Shown here one piece after another: positions 11,196 to 22,316 of a stretch of 64,000 bases of DNA (position 1 is the first letter of the stretch; every line of letters starts with the position of its first letter). Origin of the DNA: an uncultured delta proteobacterium. GTDB taxonomy: Bacteria > Myxococcota > Kuafuiibacteriia > Kuafuiibacteriales > Kuafuiibacteriaceae. The notes beneath the pieces are model-generated. The model was not told the origin of the DNA. It was given only the letters and a program-made list of their open reading frames with translations, and did no database searches. The translations under genes were made by a program, and so were the position numbers. Location: the NCBI GenBank assembly GCA_963803435.1, contig CAWDML010000003.1, forward strand, positions 832,001 through 896,000, written 5' to 3'.

Positions 11196-12197
11196 TCAGG
11201 GGACCTTGTGCCAGTGCGCCGTGATCGCGCGGATCGCCTCCTGATCGCGCATCGAGAAGTCACGATCCCAGCGCGCCGATCCCGGCATCCACTTCCACCA
11301 GAACGCGCCGGCCAGCAGCGGATGATCGAGCTCCTCGAAGGCCAGGTCGAACAGGCGCGTCCGGAGGGCGCGGGCGGCCGGGCTGGCGTCGAGGTCCGGC
11401 TCCCACGGCTTCGAGGCGGCCTTCCGCGACCGTGCGTAGCCGATCTCGGTGAACAGGATCTTCTTGTCGCCGTGCGCCTTGGAGAGCGCCGACAGCCGGG
11501 CCCAGACCCGTTTCCAGCCGTCTCTCAGCGCCGCGTCCGTCGGCGACGCGTCGGTGGCCAGCGGGAAGTACGCCTGTACGCCGATCAGATCGACCGCGTC
11601 CCAGAAGGGCACCCGGTCGATCCCGTCCCAGTTGGCCGCGTAGGTGATCTGGCCGTGATACACGCGCCGGACCGCGCCGATGATCCGCCGCCACTCGGCC
11701 TCGTGCTGCATCGTCTTCTCGTATTCGATGCCGATCGAAAGCAGCGGCAGGTGGCGTTCCTCCGCGAAGCGGGCGTGCGCGACGATGAACGACTGGTAGT
11801 CGTTGAAGAAGCGCTCCCAGGCCGCCTTGTCGTCACCGAAGCCGATCTCGCCGCGCCACGCGAAGGTTCCCCAGTAGGCGAGGTGCGGGTTCCAGAAGAT
11901 CTTAAGCCCCTCGCTCGTGGTGATCGGGACCGAGCGCAACAGGTAGCCGGTGGTCTCGGGATCGGTGAACTCGATCCGGCCCGTGCTGTCGATTCCTCCA
12001 TAGGGATGGATCGCGACCCACTCGACGCCGAGCGTCGCCAGCTCGCGGACCGCGGTGCGCATCGCCGGCGAGCCCCAGGTCTGGCCCCAGCCGGGACAGG
12101 ACACCGTCATGCCCTTGATCGGCACCGCCTCCGCCGTCGCGGACGACACCAGCGCGAGCGCGAGCGCGAACGGGAGGCGGCGCATCGACGACAGCAT
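11196..12197 (-). CDS. glycoside hydrolase family 113-like
   Basis: Signal peptide; IGIEY, ITYAANWD, IGVQAYFPL, FTEIGY motifs. Confidence 0.8.
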   Translation of the reverse strand: MLSSMRRLPFALALALVSSATAEAVPIKGMTVSCPGWGQTWGSPAMRTAVRELATLGVEWVAIHPYGGIDSTGRIEFTDPETTGYLLRSVPITTSEGLKIFWNPHLAYWGTFAWRGEIGFGDDKAAWERFFNDYQSFIVAHARFAEERHLPLLSIGIEYEKTMQHEAEWRRIIGAVRRVYHGQITYAANWDGIDRVPFWDAVDLIGVQAYFPLATDASPTDAALRDGWKRVWARLSALSKAHGDKKILFTEIGYARSRKAASKPWEPDLDASPAARALRTRLFDLAFEELDHPLLAGAFWWKWMPGSARWDRDFSMRDQEAIRAITAHWHKVP

Positions 12198-12201
12198 GGC
12201 A

Positions 12202-12795
12202 CTACAGGACGCCCGCGATCACCTCGAGCGCCAAGAGGACCGCGCGTGCCTGCACCGATAGCGTCAGGTGCGGCCGTCCTGCGGCCGCCAGCAGCTCGTC
12301 CGGGGGCAAGTGGATGAATCCGGTGGGCACTTCACCCGGGAGCCTGTGCAGGCTCATGTACATCACCTGATTACAGAGGAACGTGCCCGCGGAGTCGCTC
12401 GGCGCGGCCTCGATGTCCGCGGCCGCCCAGGCAGCGAGGATCGCGTCGGTGGGGAGGCGCGTCGGTAGCTCGTCGGGTCCGCCGTCGATCACCGGACGGC
12501 CGCGGATCAGCGCGCCGCTGTTGTCCCGGATCGCGAAGTCCCGCCGGTTGACCGCACGGCGTTCGACCGACAGGGCGGCGCGCTCCTCGGCCAGACCGAG
12601 GTGCACGATCGCGGCGTAGTCCGCCTGATGCAGGCGGGCCAGCACCGGCTGCACGCCGTCGGTCTCGACCGGCAGCACCGCCTTCGCGATCGCGACGCCG
12701 TCGAGCCGCTCCGGTAGGTGGTCGAGGAGCGCCGAGCTGGGGTTGTGGAGGAGCGCGCCGAACGGCTCGAAGCCGGTCACCAGCACCCGTCTCAC
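12202..12795 (-). CDS. pcp: pyroglutamyl-peptidase I
   Basis: VLVTGFEPF..NPS, ERRAVN, SAGTFLCN, GFIHLP. Confidence 0.92.
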   Translation of the reverse strand: MRRVLVTGFEPFGALLHNPSSALLDHLPERLDGVAIAKAVLPVETDGVQPVLARLHQADYAAIVHLGLAEERAALSVERRAVNRRDFAIRDNSGALIRGRPVIDGGPDELPTRLPTDAILAAWAAADIEAAPSDSAGTFLCNQVMYMSLHRLPGEVPTGFIHLPPDELLAAAGRPHLTLSVQARAVLLALEVIAGVL

Positions 12796-13871
12796 AGGCG
12801 GCCCCCATAGGGCGCGAACCTCCGGGAGGAGGCACGCCGCCGGTTCATCCGATCGATCTCGAGCTCCGTGTACGCCTCCTCGCTCCCCTCCGGCAGGTGC
12901 TTCTGGATGAAGTCGAGGATCGTGAGCCGCGCCAGCTCGCCGTAGCGGAGCACCTCCTTGGGGCCGTCCTCTGCGCAGTCGTCCCAGAGGTCGAAGAGGA
13001 TGGCGCGCTTCTCCGCCACCGAGCGACGGCTCTTCCAGATCTTGTCGAGCCGCTGCGGGAGCTCGACCAGCGAGCTCGAGAGGCGCTCGCCACAGGCCGC
13101 GCGCGCCATCACCAGCCGCTCCTCGCGGGTCGCCTCGAGGAACTTGCGCTTCTCGTAGCTATACGGATCGTCGCCGGCCGCCGACAGGATCCAATCGTTG
13201 AGATCGATCGCCCACGTGCCCGCGATCGACGGGGACTCGTTCTCACGGCCCGGTGCCAGCCCGATGCGCGGGATGCCGTTGACCTCGCTGTTGCCGCGGC
13301 CGTCGAAGGTGACCGTGCCGTCGCGGGCGACGTGCGCGCCGAACGCGGTGTCGTCGTAGTTGTAGCCGCCGTCCTTGGTGGCGTGCTTCTTCGGGTCCTT
13401 CGGCGGTGCCGGGATCACGACGCCGGGTCCCTGATCCTCGTACGCGGGCACCGAGACGTGGGGGCTCAGATCGAGCGAGCCGAGATCGCGTCCGTCCTTC
13501 GTCTTGCCGATCCCGCCGGGTGCGACCGCGCCGCCTCCGCCCTCGGCCGGGGGCGTGCCGTCTCCGCCCTCGGCCGGAGGTGAGCTCGGCGGCTCCACGC
13601 GCACCGGCCGCCGCCGTCTCTTCTCCTTGTCTTGCCGCTCGGGCTTCGGGACGATCTCGGGCGCCTCGGGCGCCTCGGGCGCGATCGCCTCGGGTGTCTC
13701 CAGCTCGGGGGGCGGGGCCTCGACCGACACGATCTCGATCCGGACCGGCTCGCTGGCGGCGTCGGATCGCGGTACCGGCGAGGGCATGAGCAACATGGAT
13801 GCGGCCAGCGCGCCGTGGACGGCGATCGAGATCGCGATCGGCCATCGCCACCCCAGCCCGCGGTCCATCAT
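12792..13871 (-). CDS. membrane-anchored Pro-rich hypothetical protein (TonB-like N-terminus)
   Basis: SIAVHG TM motif, Pro/Glu linker, unassigned C-domain. Confidence 0.6.
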   Translation of the reverse strand: MMDRGLGWRWPIAISIAVHGALAASMLLMPSPVPRSDAASEPVRIEIVSVEAPPPELETPEAIAPEAPEAPEIVPKPERQDKEKRRRRPVRVEPPSSPPAEGGDGTPPAEGGGGAVAPGGIGKTKDGRDLGSLDLSPHVSVPAYEDQGPGVVIPAPPKDPKKHATKDGGYNYDDTAFGAHVARDGTVTFDGRGNSEVNGIPRIGLAPGRENESPSIAGTWAIDLNDWILSAAGDDPYSYEKRKFLEATREERLVMARAACGERLSSSLVELPQRLDKIWKSRRSVAEKRAILFDLWDDCAEDGPKEVLRYGELARLTILDFIQKHLPEGSEEAYTELEIDRMNRRRASSRRFAPYGGRL

Positions 13872-13878
13872 CGTCAGA

Positions 13879-14853
13879 TTACCAGAACTGGCGGGCGTGC
13901 TCGGGTGCGTGTTCGATCACGTCGCCGAGCAGGACCACCCGATCCGCGTGCTTCTCCACGCCGCCGTTCGGCATGGCAGGGCCGCGCTGATCGCGAAAAA
14001 AGAGGGGAAGGCCCTCGGCCAGGCCGATCGGGAACGGCCCCACCTCCTGCCGTTGATGGTGGACATGGACGTGGGGCTCCGAGGTCCGCCCCGAGTTCCC
14101 GCATCGACCGATCGGTTGGCCCTCCTCGACCCGCGCGCCCGGTGCCACGATCACGCTCCCGCGCTCGAGGTGCGCGATCATCAAGTATGTCCCGGTCGCC
14201 TCCGACCGGATCACCACGTGGTTACCGGCGTAGTTGTCCGTCTCGACGATGGTCCCGGGGGTGGCGTCCGGATCGCCGTCGTGGATCGACGAGACGACGC
14301 CGCTCATCGGCGCGAGCACCGGCTGATCCCAGCACCCGTAGTCTTCGAGCCGCTTCGAGCCCACGCCCGCCGGCTCGATCACCAGATCGTACGCCCACCG
14401 CTGGTCGGGATAGAGCGCGTGGTAGTTGTGCTCCAGATCCGGTCCGCCCCAGTAGACGCGCATCGGCCGATCGGTGGGGACGCGGATGAACAGCTGCGGT
14501 TGATCGTCGGCCGAGGCAGGGTAGGGAACCGCCAGGATCCCCTTCGGCCACAGCCCCGGCAGCAGCACCAGGAGCGAGAGGGCCAGGGCCGAGACCACCG
14601 GCCGCGAGAGGCGGCGCCGGATGACCGCGTAGCCGCCGACGAGGATCAAGAGGGCGAGCCCGGCGGCCGGCGCAAAGAAGAGGAGCAGCAGCCAGGCGAT
14701 GGCGCGGGTGATGCCGCCCAGGGCCACCAACACCCAGAGCGTGAGCAGGGAGATCGCGAGCGCCGAAGGGACCCAGCGAAAGATCAGCCAGGAGAGCCGC
14801 GTCCAATCCTCGGCCATCGCCCCGAAGAGCCGCGTGCGCAGCCGGCCGGTCAA
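13879..14853 (-). CDS. M23 family metallopeptidase, membrane-bound
   Basis: AYDL, GNHVVI, AHL, GNSGRTSEPHVHVH. Confidence 0.85.
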   Translation of the reverse strand: MTGRLRTRLFGAMAEDWTRLSWLIFRWVPSALAISLLTLWVLVALGGITRAIAWLLLLFFAPAAGLALLILVGGYAVIRRRLSRPVVSALALSLLVLLPGLWPKGILAVPYPASADDQPQLFIRVPTDRPMRVYWGGPDLEHNYHALYPDQRWAYDLVIEPAGVGSKRLEDYGCWDQPVLAPMSGVVSSIHDGDPDATPGTIVETDNYAGNHVVIRSEATGTYLMIAHLERGSVIVAPGARVEEGQPIGRCGNSGRTSEPHVHVHHQRQEVGPFPIGLAEGLPLFFRDQRGPAMPNGGVEKHADRVVLLGDVIEHAPEHARQFW

Positions 14854-14964
14854 CCCTCTTGTTCGCGGCGCATCCTTCGCGGGCCCTGCCCCTGCAAGCG
14901 CGCCCTTGCCCTAACCGCGCTGGGCCAGGGCAGGGGCACGATCGAAAGGTCGAGGGGCTTCTTG

Positions 14965-16938
14965 CTAGAGGGAGCGGAGATAGGCCTCGAGCTGCTGCAT
15001 CTCGGCCTCGCTGAGGGCGCCGGTGTTGCCCATCGAGCCGTCGCGCGCGCGCTCGAGCACGGCGCGGAGGGTGCGCGCGCTGCCGTCGTGCAGGTAGGGG
15101 GGGCTGCCGGCGATGCCGACGAGGCTGCGGGTGTCGACACCGGCGAAGCCGAACAGATCGTACTTCTGATTGTTGGTGAAGCGCGGGCCGTTGTGGCAGC
15201 CGGCGCAGCCGACGTCGCTCCGCTCGAAGATGGCCTTCCCCGCGAGCACGTCCGGGTTGTCCTGCGCGTGCTTGAGCGGCGCGTCGACGTCGCGGGTCGA
15301 GTCGACGAACGCCGCCACGGCGCGGACGTCCTCATCCGTGATGCCGCTTCCGCCCATCAGCCCCTGGCTGGTGCGGAGGACGTCCTCGGCGACGGTGGCG
15401 CGCTCGCCGCCCCAGCGCACCGGCTCGGTCAGGGACACCTTGCCGGCGAGGGACGGGGTCTGGCGTGCACCGCGGTCGAACATCCAGGTGAAGCCGTCGG
15501 CGCGACCGTCGAAGTGGCACGTCGCGCAGGAGAGACCGATGCTGCCCGAAGACATCTCGGAGTCGTTGGTCGAGTAGAACAGCTGGCGGCCCCGGACGAC
15601 CTCGGGATCGAGCTGGACGTTCGTCACCGCGCGGCTGCCGCCGAGCGTGCCCGCGAAGGGCAGAGCGAAACGGCTGCCCCCGCGGCCCGAGTCGGGATCG
15701 TTGTTGCCGTAGAGCTGCGCCTGATAGCCGTCGACGTCGACCTGCTGCACGGTGCGGTCGAGGAAGCTGTACACGAAGGCCTGCTGCTCGGCGGTGAACG
15801 CGATGCCGCGGGGTCCGAGGTCGGTGGCGGAGACCACCACGGTGCGCCCGCTGAACGAGCGGCCGCCGAGCTTCTCGTTGGCGGCGTCGAAGGCGGAGGA
15901 GAAGATCGAGTTGTCGAAGTTGTCGTCGGCGCGACGGGTGGGGAACGCCGCGATCCCGCGGGCGCCCTCGATGGTCGCGTAGGTGGTGGCGCCGTCCGGC
16001 GAGATCGTGACGCTGGCCGGGTAGCCCTGGATGGTGAGGCCGTCGGGGGTGACGCTGTTGGCGCTCAGGTTCACCAGCTCGGCCTGGTCGACCTGCGGCT
16101 CGCCGTCGCCTTCGACCTGCGCCACCGCGACGGTGGGGTTGAAGCGCTCGGTGGCGCTGCCCGCGTAACCGCCGCCGGTCTCGGGCGGCGGGGCGTCCTG
16201 CATGATCGGCGTGGCGACGCCGCTGTCGGGCTCGACCACAGGCGTGGTGGTGTCGAAGTACATCGCCGGGATCGCCAGATACTGGCCGTCGGAGCTGATG
16301 GCCGGATCGCCGGTGATCCGCATGTCGAGGGTGACCTCTTCACCGAGCTCCTCCGACGTCTGCACGACCCTCGGGAGGTGGCTGGTCGTGAGCTTGCCGT
16401 TGTCGAGATCGATCCAGCTGAAGGTGCCGTTGTACGCCGATGCGACGTACAGAATGTTCGACGGGTGGAGCGCGAGCCAGCGCGGCTCGTCGCCCACCGC
16501 CCAGCTCCTCAGCTCGGCGAGGGAGTTGGCGTCGTACTCGTAGATGCGCCCCTCGAGGCTGGCGGCGACGTACAGGCGGGTGCCCGCCTCGTTGGTGACC
16601 ACGCCGAACGGCTCCGCGCCGGTGGGGATCGTGGTCTCGACGGTCAGACCGTTGCCGTCGTCCTCGAGCACCGCGACGGCGCGGGTGGCCCGCAACGTCA
16701 CGAACACGCGGTCCGGCGTGCGTGCGACCCGCGTCGGCTCGCCGTCGACGGTCACCTCCACCGGGTCGCCGTCGAGCGGCAGTCGCGTCACCGTGTTCTC
16801 GGCGGAGTTCGCGACGTAGAGCGCAGAATAGTCGGTCGAGGTGGCGATCGTCTGGCTCCCGGTGGGCTGCCGTGGATCATCGAGCTGCGCTCCGCAGCCG
16901 AACAAAAGGAGGGCGAGGGCGGCGCTGAGATTCTTCAT
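14965..16938 (-). CDS. lipoprotein: YVTN beta-propeller plus diheme cytochrome c peroxidase/MauG-like domain
   Basis: LLFGC lipobox; GRQLF..CATCH..RQTPSL; CAGCH; PPYLHDGSARTL. Confidence 0.85.
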   Translation of the reverse strand: MKNLSAALALLLFGCGAQLDDPRQPTGSQTIATSTDYSALYVANSAENTVTRLPLDGDPVEVTVDGEPTRVARTPDRVFVTLRATRAVAVLEDDGNGLTVETTIPTGAEPFGVVTNEAGTRLYVAASLEGRIYEYDANSLAELRSWAVGDEPRWLALHPSNILYVASAYNGTFSWIDLDNGKLTTSHLPRVVQTSEELGEEVTLDMRITGDPAISSDGQYLAIPAMYFDTTTPVVEPDSGVATPIMQDAPPPETGGGYAGSATERFNPTVAVAQVEGDGEPQVDQAELVNLSANSVTPDGLTIQGYPASVTISPDGATTYATIEGARGIAAFPTRRADDNFDNSIFSSAFDAANEKLGGRSFSGRTVVVSATDLGPRGIAFTAEQQAFVYSFLDRTVQQVDVDGYQAQLYGNNDPDSGRGGSRFALPFAGTLGGSRAVTNVQLDPEVVRGRQLFYSTNDSEMSSGSIGLSCATCHFDGRADGFTWMFDRGARQTPSLAGKVSLTEPVRWGGERATVAEDVLRTSQGLMGGSGITDEDVRAVAAFVDSTRDVDAPLKHAQDNPDVLAGKAIFERSDVGCAGCHNGPRFTNNQKYDLFGFAGVDTRSLVGIAGSPPYLHDGSARTLRAVLERARDGSMGNTGALSEAEMQQLEAYLRSL

Positions 16939-17019
16939 CACGTTTTCTTGGACCCCGACGGTATACCGACGATGCCGGTCGACTGGAGCCCAGGGCAAGG
17001 GTCAAACGGCCCTGTGACG

Positions 17020-17730
17020 TCACGCACCCGAGGCACGCTGGCCGAGGTCTTCCACCGCGCCCAGCGTCCTGCACGTCTCCGACGTCGGCACCGCGTCCTT
17101 GTCCTGGGCGGTACCGAACACCCGATCACCGGTCAGCATCGTCACGCCCAGCCAGTAGTGCTCGTTCTTGCAATGGTGGAGGCGATGGTTCCGCCAGAGT
17201 CGCTGGTAGATCGCGGACTTGGGCTTATAGCGCGTGTGCACCAGAAAGTGGACCCACTCGTAGTGGAGCGTGAGCAGCGCCCGGGCGGAGAGGCCCGTGA
17301 AGGCCAGGGCCAGGGTCGGCATGACTCCCACCCAGAACAGCGTGAGGAGTGGGATCGAGAACAGGAACGTGTGCGTCGGGATGAACAGAATGTCGATGCG
17401 CCAGGGGTTGCGATGATGGCGCCGGTGCTTCCTCGACACGTGGGGATCAAGGGTGAAGGGGCCGATCTTCCGCGGCTTGAAGTGCAGCACGAAGACGTGG
17501 ATGAGCCACTCCTGGAACGGCCACCCGGCCACGATCGCGGCGACGATGACCAGGTCCCACTTCGACCAGTCGGCGAGGTAGAGCCGGACCGGCACGGTGA
17601 GCGCGACCCAGGTCAACACGATCGCGGGGCTCGCATGCCGGACGAAGAAGCGGATCGCGTCCGGGATGTTGTCGGGGCTCTGGGGCGCCGGGCCTTCCTT
17701 CGTGAAGTCGTCGATGATCGCAGCGGTCAT
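17020..17730 (-). CDS. sterol desaturase/fatty acid hydroxylase family protein
   Basis: HVFVLH, HRRHH, HFLVH, HRLHH His boxes. Confidence 0.88.
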   Translation of the reverse strand: MTAAIIDDFTKEGPAPQSPDNIPDAIRFFVRHASPAIVLTWVALTVPVRLYLADWSKWDLVIVAAIVAGWPFQEWLIHVFVLHFKPRKIGPFTLDPHVSRKHRRHHRNPWRIDILFIPTHTFLFSIPLLTLFWVGVMPTLALAFTGLSARALLTLHYEWVHFLVHTRYKPKSAIYQRLWRNHRLHHCKNEHYWLGVTMLTGDRVFGTAQDKDAVPTSETCRTLGAVEDLGQRASGA

Positions 17731-18467
17731 TCCTGGTCTCCCTTCAGGCTCGCGACGTTCTCGAGCATCTCGATGAGCCGATCGCCGCCCTTCCTGATCA
17801 GCTCCCGGGCGCGCTGCTCGGCCAGCGCCGTGTCGCCGGCGAGCATCGCGTCCGCGATGGCGCGATAGCCCTGGATGTCCTTCAGCTCCTCCTCGAGCAC
17901 GTAGGTGAGGAGGTGGAAGAACTTGCTGTAGGAGTCCTGAAGCGTGTTGTAGCAGAGGCGGTAGGCGACGTTGTCGGAACCTTCGACCGACAGCGTCCAG
18001 AACTCCATCGCCAGGCGCTGGACCGTTTGCAAGTCGTCTTGCGCGGCCTCCATCCGATCGACGACCTCCGCGATCTCCTCCTTGAGCGCGCGGTCGGCGC
18101 GCTTCGCGCAGAGGCGCACGATGTCGGGTGCCAGCGCGGAGCGGATCTCGACGATGCTGCGGGCAACGCGCGTGTCGATCTTTCCCTCCTCCTTGAAGAG
18201 CAGTGTGGTGAGGAGATCGAGGCCGGCGGTCCGCATGAAGTTGGCGACCTTGGTGGTGCCGCCGTGCTGGATCGACACCAGGCGCGCCTGCTCGAGGCGC
18301 TTGAGGGCTTCGCGGAGGGCGCCGCGATTCACGCCCAGCATCTCGCAGAGCTTCCGCTCCGACGGCAGCGGTGAGCCGACGTCGAAGCCGCCCTGGAGGA
18401 TCTGGTTCTTGAGCTGCTCGAAGACCTCGTCCGAGAGGGACCGCCGCTGGATCGGCTTCAACGTCAT
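17727..18467 (-). CDS. GntR/FadR family transcriptional regulator
   Basis: LPSERKLCEMLGVNRGALREAL HTH; FCD-like C-domain. Confidence 0.92.
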   Translation of the reverse strand: MTLKPIQRRSLSDEVFEQLKNQILQGGFDVGSPLPSERKLCEMLGVNRGALREALKRLEQARLVSIQHGGTTKVANFMRTAGLDLLTTLLFKEEGKIDTRVARSIVEIRSALAPDIVRLCAKRADRALKEEIAEVVDRMEAAQDDLQTVQRLAMEFWTLSVEGSDNVAYRLCYNTLQDSYSKFFHLLTYVLEEELKDIQGYRAIADAMLAGDTALAEQRARELIRKGGDRLIEMLENVASLKGDQE

Positions 18468-18504
18468 CGTCCGAGAGGCTAGACGTCCGCTGGCTAGGTG
18501 GTCA

Positions 18505-18519
18505 AGTGGTCATACCATT
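18505..18519. promoter_or_regulatory. FadR-subfamily operator TGGT-N3-ACCA
   Basis: agTGGTcatACCAtt about 40 nt upstream of the GntR gene; extra half-site GTGGTCA at 18498. Confidence 0.7.
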
Positions 18520-18552
18520 GCTCCGGCGGGCGGCCGATGCTATCGGGAGGGG

Positions 18553-19497
18553 ATGTCGCCCCGGATCACCTCGGATCTCCAGAGGATCCGGGAGGATGCG
18601 CTGTTCGACGGTTGTCCGTGGCGCACGGTCTTCGTTCACCCCGACTTTCTGGCCGCCTGGTTCGCCTTCCGGAGCGCGGCCCGGCCGGTCCTGATCCGAG
18701 ACGACGCCAGCCTGGTACCCCTGGCCGCCGAAGATGGCCGGCTCGGGTTCGCCGGCGGTGGGGACGTGCCCGTCCACGGCTGGCTGGGGCGGCCGCTCTC
18801 GGGAAGCTTCGTCCTGGAGCGCGCCCTCGGGCGGAGCCCACCCACCCCTCTCGTTGCTTTTACGCCGCCGCCGGGCGCGCCGCTCGACTGGCTCGCTCCG
18901 GCGCGTTCGCTCGGCCGGCTCGCGCACGTCACGACGGAGCGGCGCCGCATCTTCACCTGCGATCCGATCCGTGCGGCCCAGCCGCTCGCCGACAAGAAGA
19001 ACACCAGCCAGCTCCACGAGGTGAAGGCGCTCGGCCCGCTCGCGCTGGCGGACGCGCGCCCGGAGGACCTGCGGACGCACCTCGAATGGCACCGTCACAA
19101 ACGCCACCAGCGTGGTTTGCAACCAAGCTTGCACCGTGAGCGCGCCGATCTCTACCGCCGGCTCGGTCCCGCAATCCTCTCGTCGACCGTCCTGACCGCA
19201 GGCGGGGTGGTCCTGTCGGCGATGTTGATCTACCGGGACGGCCCCCGCGCCTGGCTCGAGCTCCTCGCCGAGAACCCGGAGCACGAGCGACACTCCCCCG
19301 GGCTGCTCCACCTGTTCTTGCTGGAGCAGCGGTGGATCGGCGAGGTGACCGAGATCGACGTGACCGCGGACGACGACTGGATGCACGTGCTCGCGGAGGA
19401 GCGCCCGATCACCCGGGTGGAGCTGCTCTTCGGCCGACGGGCGCGCCTCAGACGCAGGGCGGCCGGCGCGGTCGCCCGTCTCTTCTCTCCGAGGTAG
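18553..19497 (+). CDS. GNAT-family (CelD/BcsL-like) acetyltransferase, degenerate-looking
   Basis: VFVHPDFLAAW N-terminus; HERHSPGLLHL motif; GGAGG RBS. Confidence 0.6.
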   Translation: MSPRITSDLQRIREDALFDGCPWRTVFVHPDFLAAWFAFRSAARPVLIRDDASLVPLAAEDGRLGFAGGGDVPVHGWLGRPLSGSFVLERALGRSPPTPLVAFTPPPGAPLDWLAPARSLGRLAHVTTERRRIFTCDPIRAAQPLADKKNTSQLHEVKALGPLALADARPEDLRTHLEWHRHKRHQRGLQPSLHRERADLYRRLGPAILSSTVLTAGGVVLSAMLIYRDGPRAWLELLAENPEHERHSPGLLHLFLLEQRWIGEVTEIDVTADDDWMHVLAEERPITRVELLFGRRARLRRRAAGAVARLFSPR

Positions 19498-19532
19498 ACG
19501 CGAGCGGACTCGGCGTACGAACGTAGCACGGC

Positions 19533-21395
19533 ATGCCTTCTCCTCTGCTCGCCTTCACGGTTGCCATTCTCCCCCTCACCAAGGGTGCGGGCAGTGAAGA
19601 GTACGCCGGGCTGGGGAAGGCGCTCGCCGGGATGATCACCACAGATCTTTCCGCCGTCGAAGAGCTGCAGCTGGTCGAGCGCGATCGGCTGGAGGACGTG
19701 CTCAAGGAGATCAACCTCTCCAAGAGCGGCTTCCTCGAGGAGAAGACGGCGCAGAAGCTGGGCAAGGGGGTCGGCGCCGGCTATCTGGTCACCGGCTCGT
19801 ACAGCGTGGTGGGACCGACCTTCCTCATGGACGCGCGGATTGTCGGCGTGGAGAGCGGGAAGATCGTCAAGGCGGCGAACGCCAAGGGCACGATCGAGGA
19901 CTTCGTGGCGGTGGAGAAGTCGCTGGTCGAAGGGTTGCTGGACGGGCTGAGCGTCAAGCTGAGCTCCTCCACGCGGCGGAAGCTGATCGTGCAGGCGCCC
20001 ACCGAGAGCTTCCCAGCGTTCAAGGCGTACGGCGAGGGCCTCGACGAGCGCGACAAGGGGCGACCGGACAAGGCGCGCGAGGCGTTCGAGCGCGCCCTGG
20101 CGATCGATCCGAAGTTCGAGGAGGCGCGCGCGGCGCTCGACTCGCTGAGCAAGCTGGTCGAGCGCGAGAAGGAGAAGGAGCGCGCCACCACCGAGAAGGT
20201 CACCGGCGAGGCACACCGCAAGATCCTCGAGGCCTATCCGGACGAGCGGAAGCGCCCGGCCTCGGCGAAGGACGACGCGGCCTCCACGCTCGGGTTCGCG
20301 CTGCGGCTGGTGGCGCTGGAGAACGAGCGTCGCTACTGCCAGCGCTACGAAGAGATGGTGCACTTCCTGGATCGCCGAAGCTGGCAGCTGCCCGAGCTCG
20401 CGCAAACGTTCCGCTACGACGCGCGCAAGGCGGGCGACGGCTTCGGGTACCAGCGGATCCCGCGCAGCCAGGGCGGTCCCGATCACCTCGCCGACGATCT
20501 CTCGGAACGCGTCGACATCATGGGCACGCTCAACGACTTCGTGGTCGACAAGCGCGGCTACTCCAACTGGGGCGACTCGGAGGGCGTGCTCGGATCGCTG
20601 CGCCGCTGCTTCCCCGCGCACAAGCAGCTCGAGGAGATCGATCGCCTGCTGGCGAAGGCGAAGAAGGCCGGCGTGCTCGACGCCAAGCTCGAGCGCGGCT
20701 ATCCGCCGTTCACGCTGGGCGAGTCGCTCGAGCTGGCCTGGTGCTTCATCCGCGCCAAGCAGCTGGGCGCCAACGCGGAGCTCGAACGACGCACCAAGCA
20801 CCTCCTGAGTGGCCGCCCCGAGGGCGACCCGATCCGGAAGCAGATCCTCCAGGAGATCGAGAACCTCACGCGCGACGCCAAGCAGTGGTCGGACCATCAG
20901 GCTCGCCGGCTCGGTCAGCCGCGCGAGTCGCTCGAGCGCGCGATCCGCGGCGTCGCCGCGCAGGATGAGAAGGTGGTGACGATCACCGGGCCCACCTGCG
21001 CCCCGCTCGTGAAGTCGATGAAGACGCGTGCGGACGGCTGGGTGGTGCGCGAGCGACAGCTCGCCGACGGTGACGACCAGGGCCGCGAGTACCTCCTCGA
21101 CGAGGCCGGGATGGTCTTCGGCCCGCTCCGCGACATGGGTTGCCTGGTCGGCGTCCCGGCGCGGTTCGCGAACCTGGAGCAGCTGATCCGCCACGAACGC
21201 GACGCGCACAAGCGGGCGCTGCCGGGCGCCGCGCAGGATCAGATCTGCATCTCGATGCTCGGCGCGAGCGATCGGATGGCGTGGGATCAGATGCTGAAGA
21301 TGATCGACACGTATCCGGAGCAGGCGGGGGCGATGCTCGAGGGCATCCTGATCACGCGCTACACGTTGCTGTCGAACAAGTGCGTGGATGATTAG
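19533..21395 (+). CDS. CsgG/HfaB-family domain plus TPR protein
   Basis: LVERDRLEDVLKEI..AQKLGKGVGAGYLVTGS; ALAIDPKFEEA. Confidence 0.75.
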   Translation: MPSPLLAFTVAILPLTKGAGSEEYAGLGKALAGMITTDLSAVEELQLVERDRLEDVLKEINLSKSGFLEEKTAQKLGKGVGAGYLVTGSYSVVGPTFLMDARIVGVESGKIVKAANAKGTIEDFVAVEKSLVEGLLDGLSVKLSSSTRRKLIVQAPTESFPAFKAYGEGLDERDKGRPDKAREAFERALAIDPKFEEARAALDSLSKLVEREKEKERATTEKVTGEAHRKILEAYPDERKRPASAKDDAASTLGFALRLVALENERRYCQRYEEMVHFLDRRSWQLPELAQTFRYDARKAGDGFGYQRIPRSQGGPDHLADDLSERVDIMGTLNDFVVDKRGYSNWGDSEGVLGSLRRCFPAHKQLEEIDRLLAKAKKAGVLDAKLERGYPPFTLGESLELAWCFIRAKQLGANAELERRTKHLLSGRPEGDPIRKQILQEIENLTRDAKQWSDHQARRLGQPRESLERAIRGVAAQDEKVVTITGPTCAPLVKSMKTRADGWVVRERQLADGDDQGREYLLDEAGMVFGPLRDMGCLVGVPARFANLEQLIRHERDAHKRALPGAAQDQICISMLGASDRMAWDQMLKMIDTYPEQAGAMLEGILITRYTLLSNKCVDD

Positions 21396-21404
21396 AGGCG
21401 GGCG

Positions 21405-22274
<870 letters not shown>

Positions 22275-22316
22275 CGGGCCGCGACCCTATCCCACTCACC
22301 GGCGAGGCGCTACTAG

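Noticed and set aside
13504-17868. 1454-aa plus-strand ORF and similar long antisense ORFs (e.g. 46608-49481, 60504-63059)
   Set aside because: Shadow frames of real genes in high-GC DNA with no motifs.
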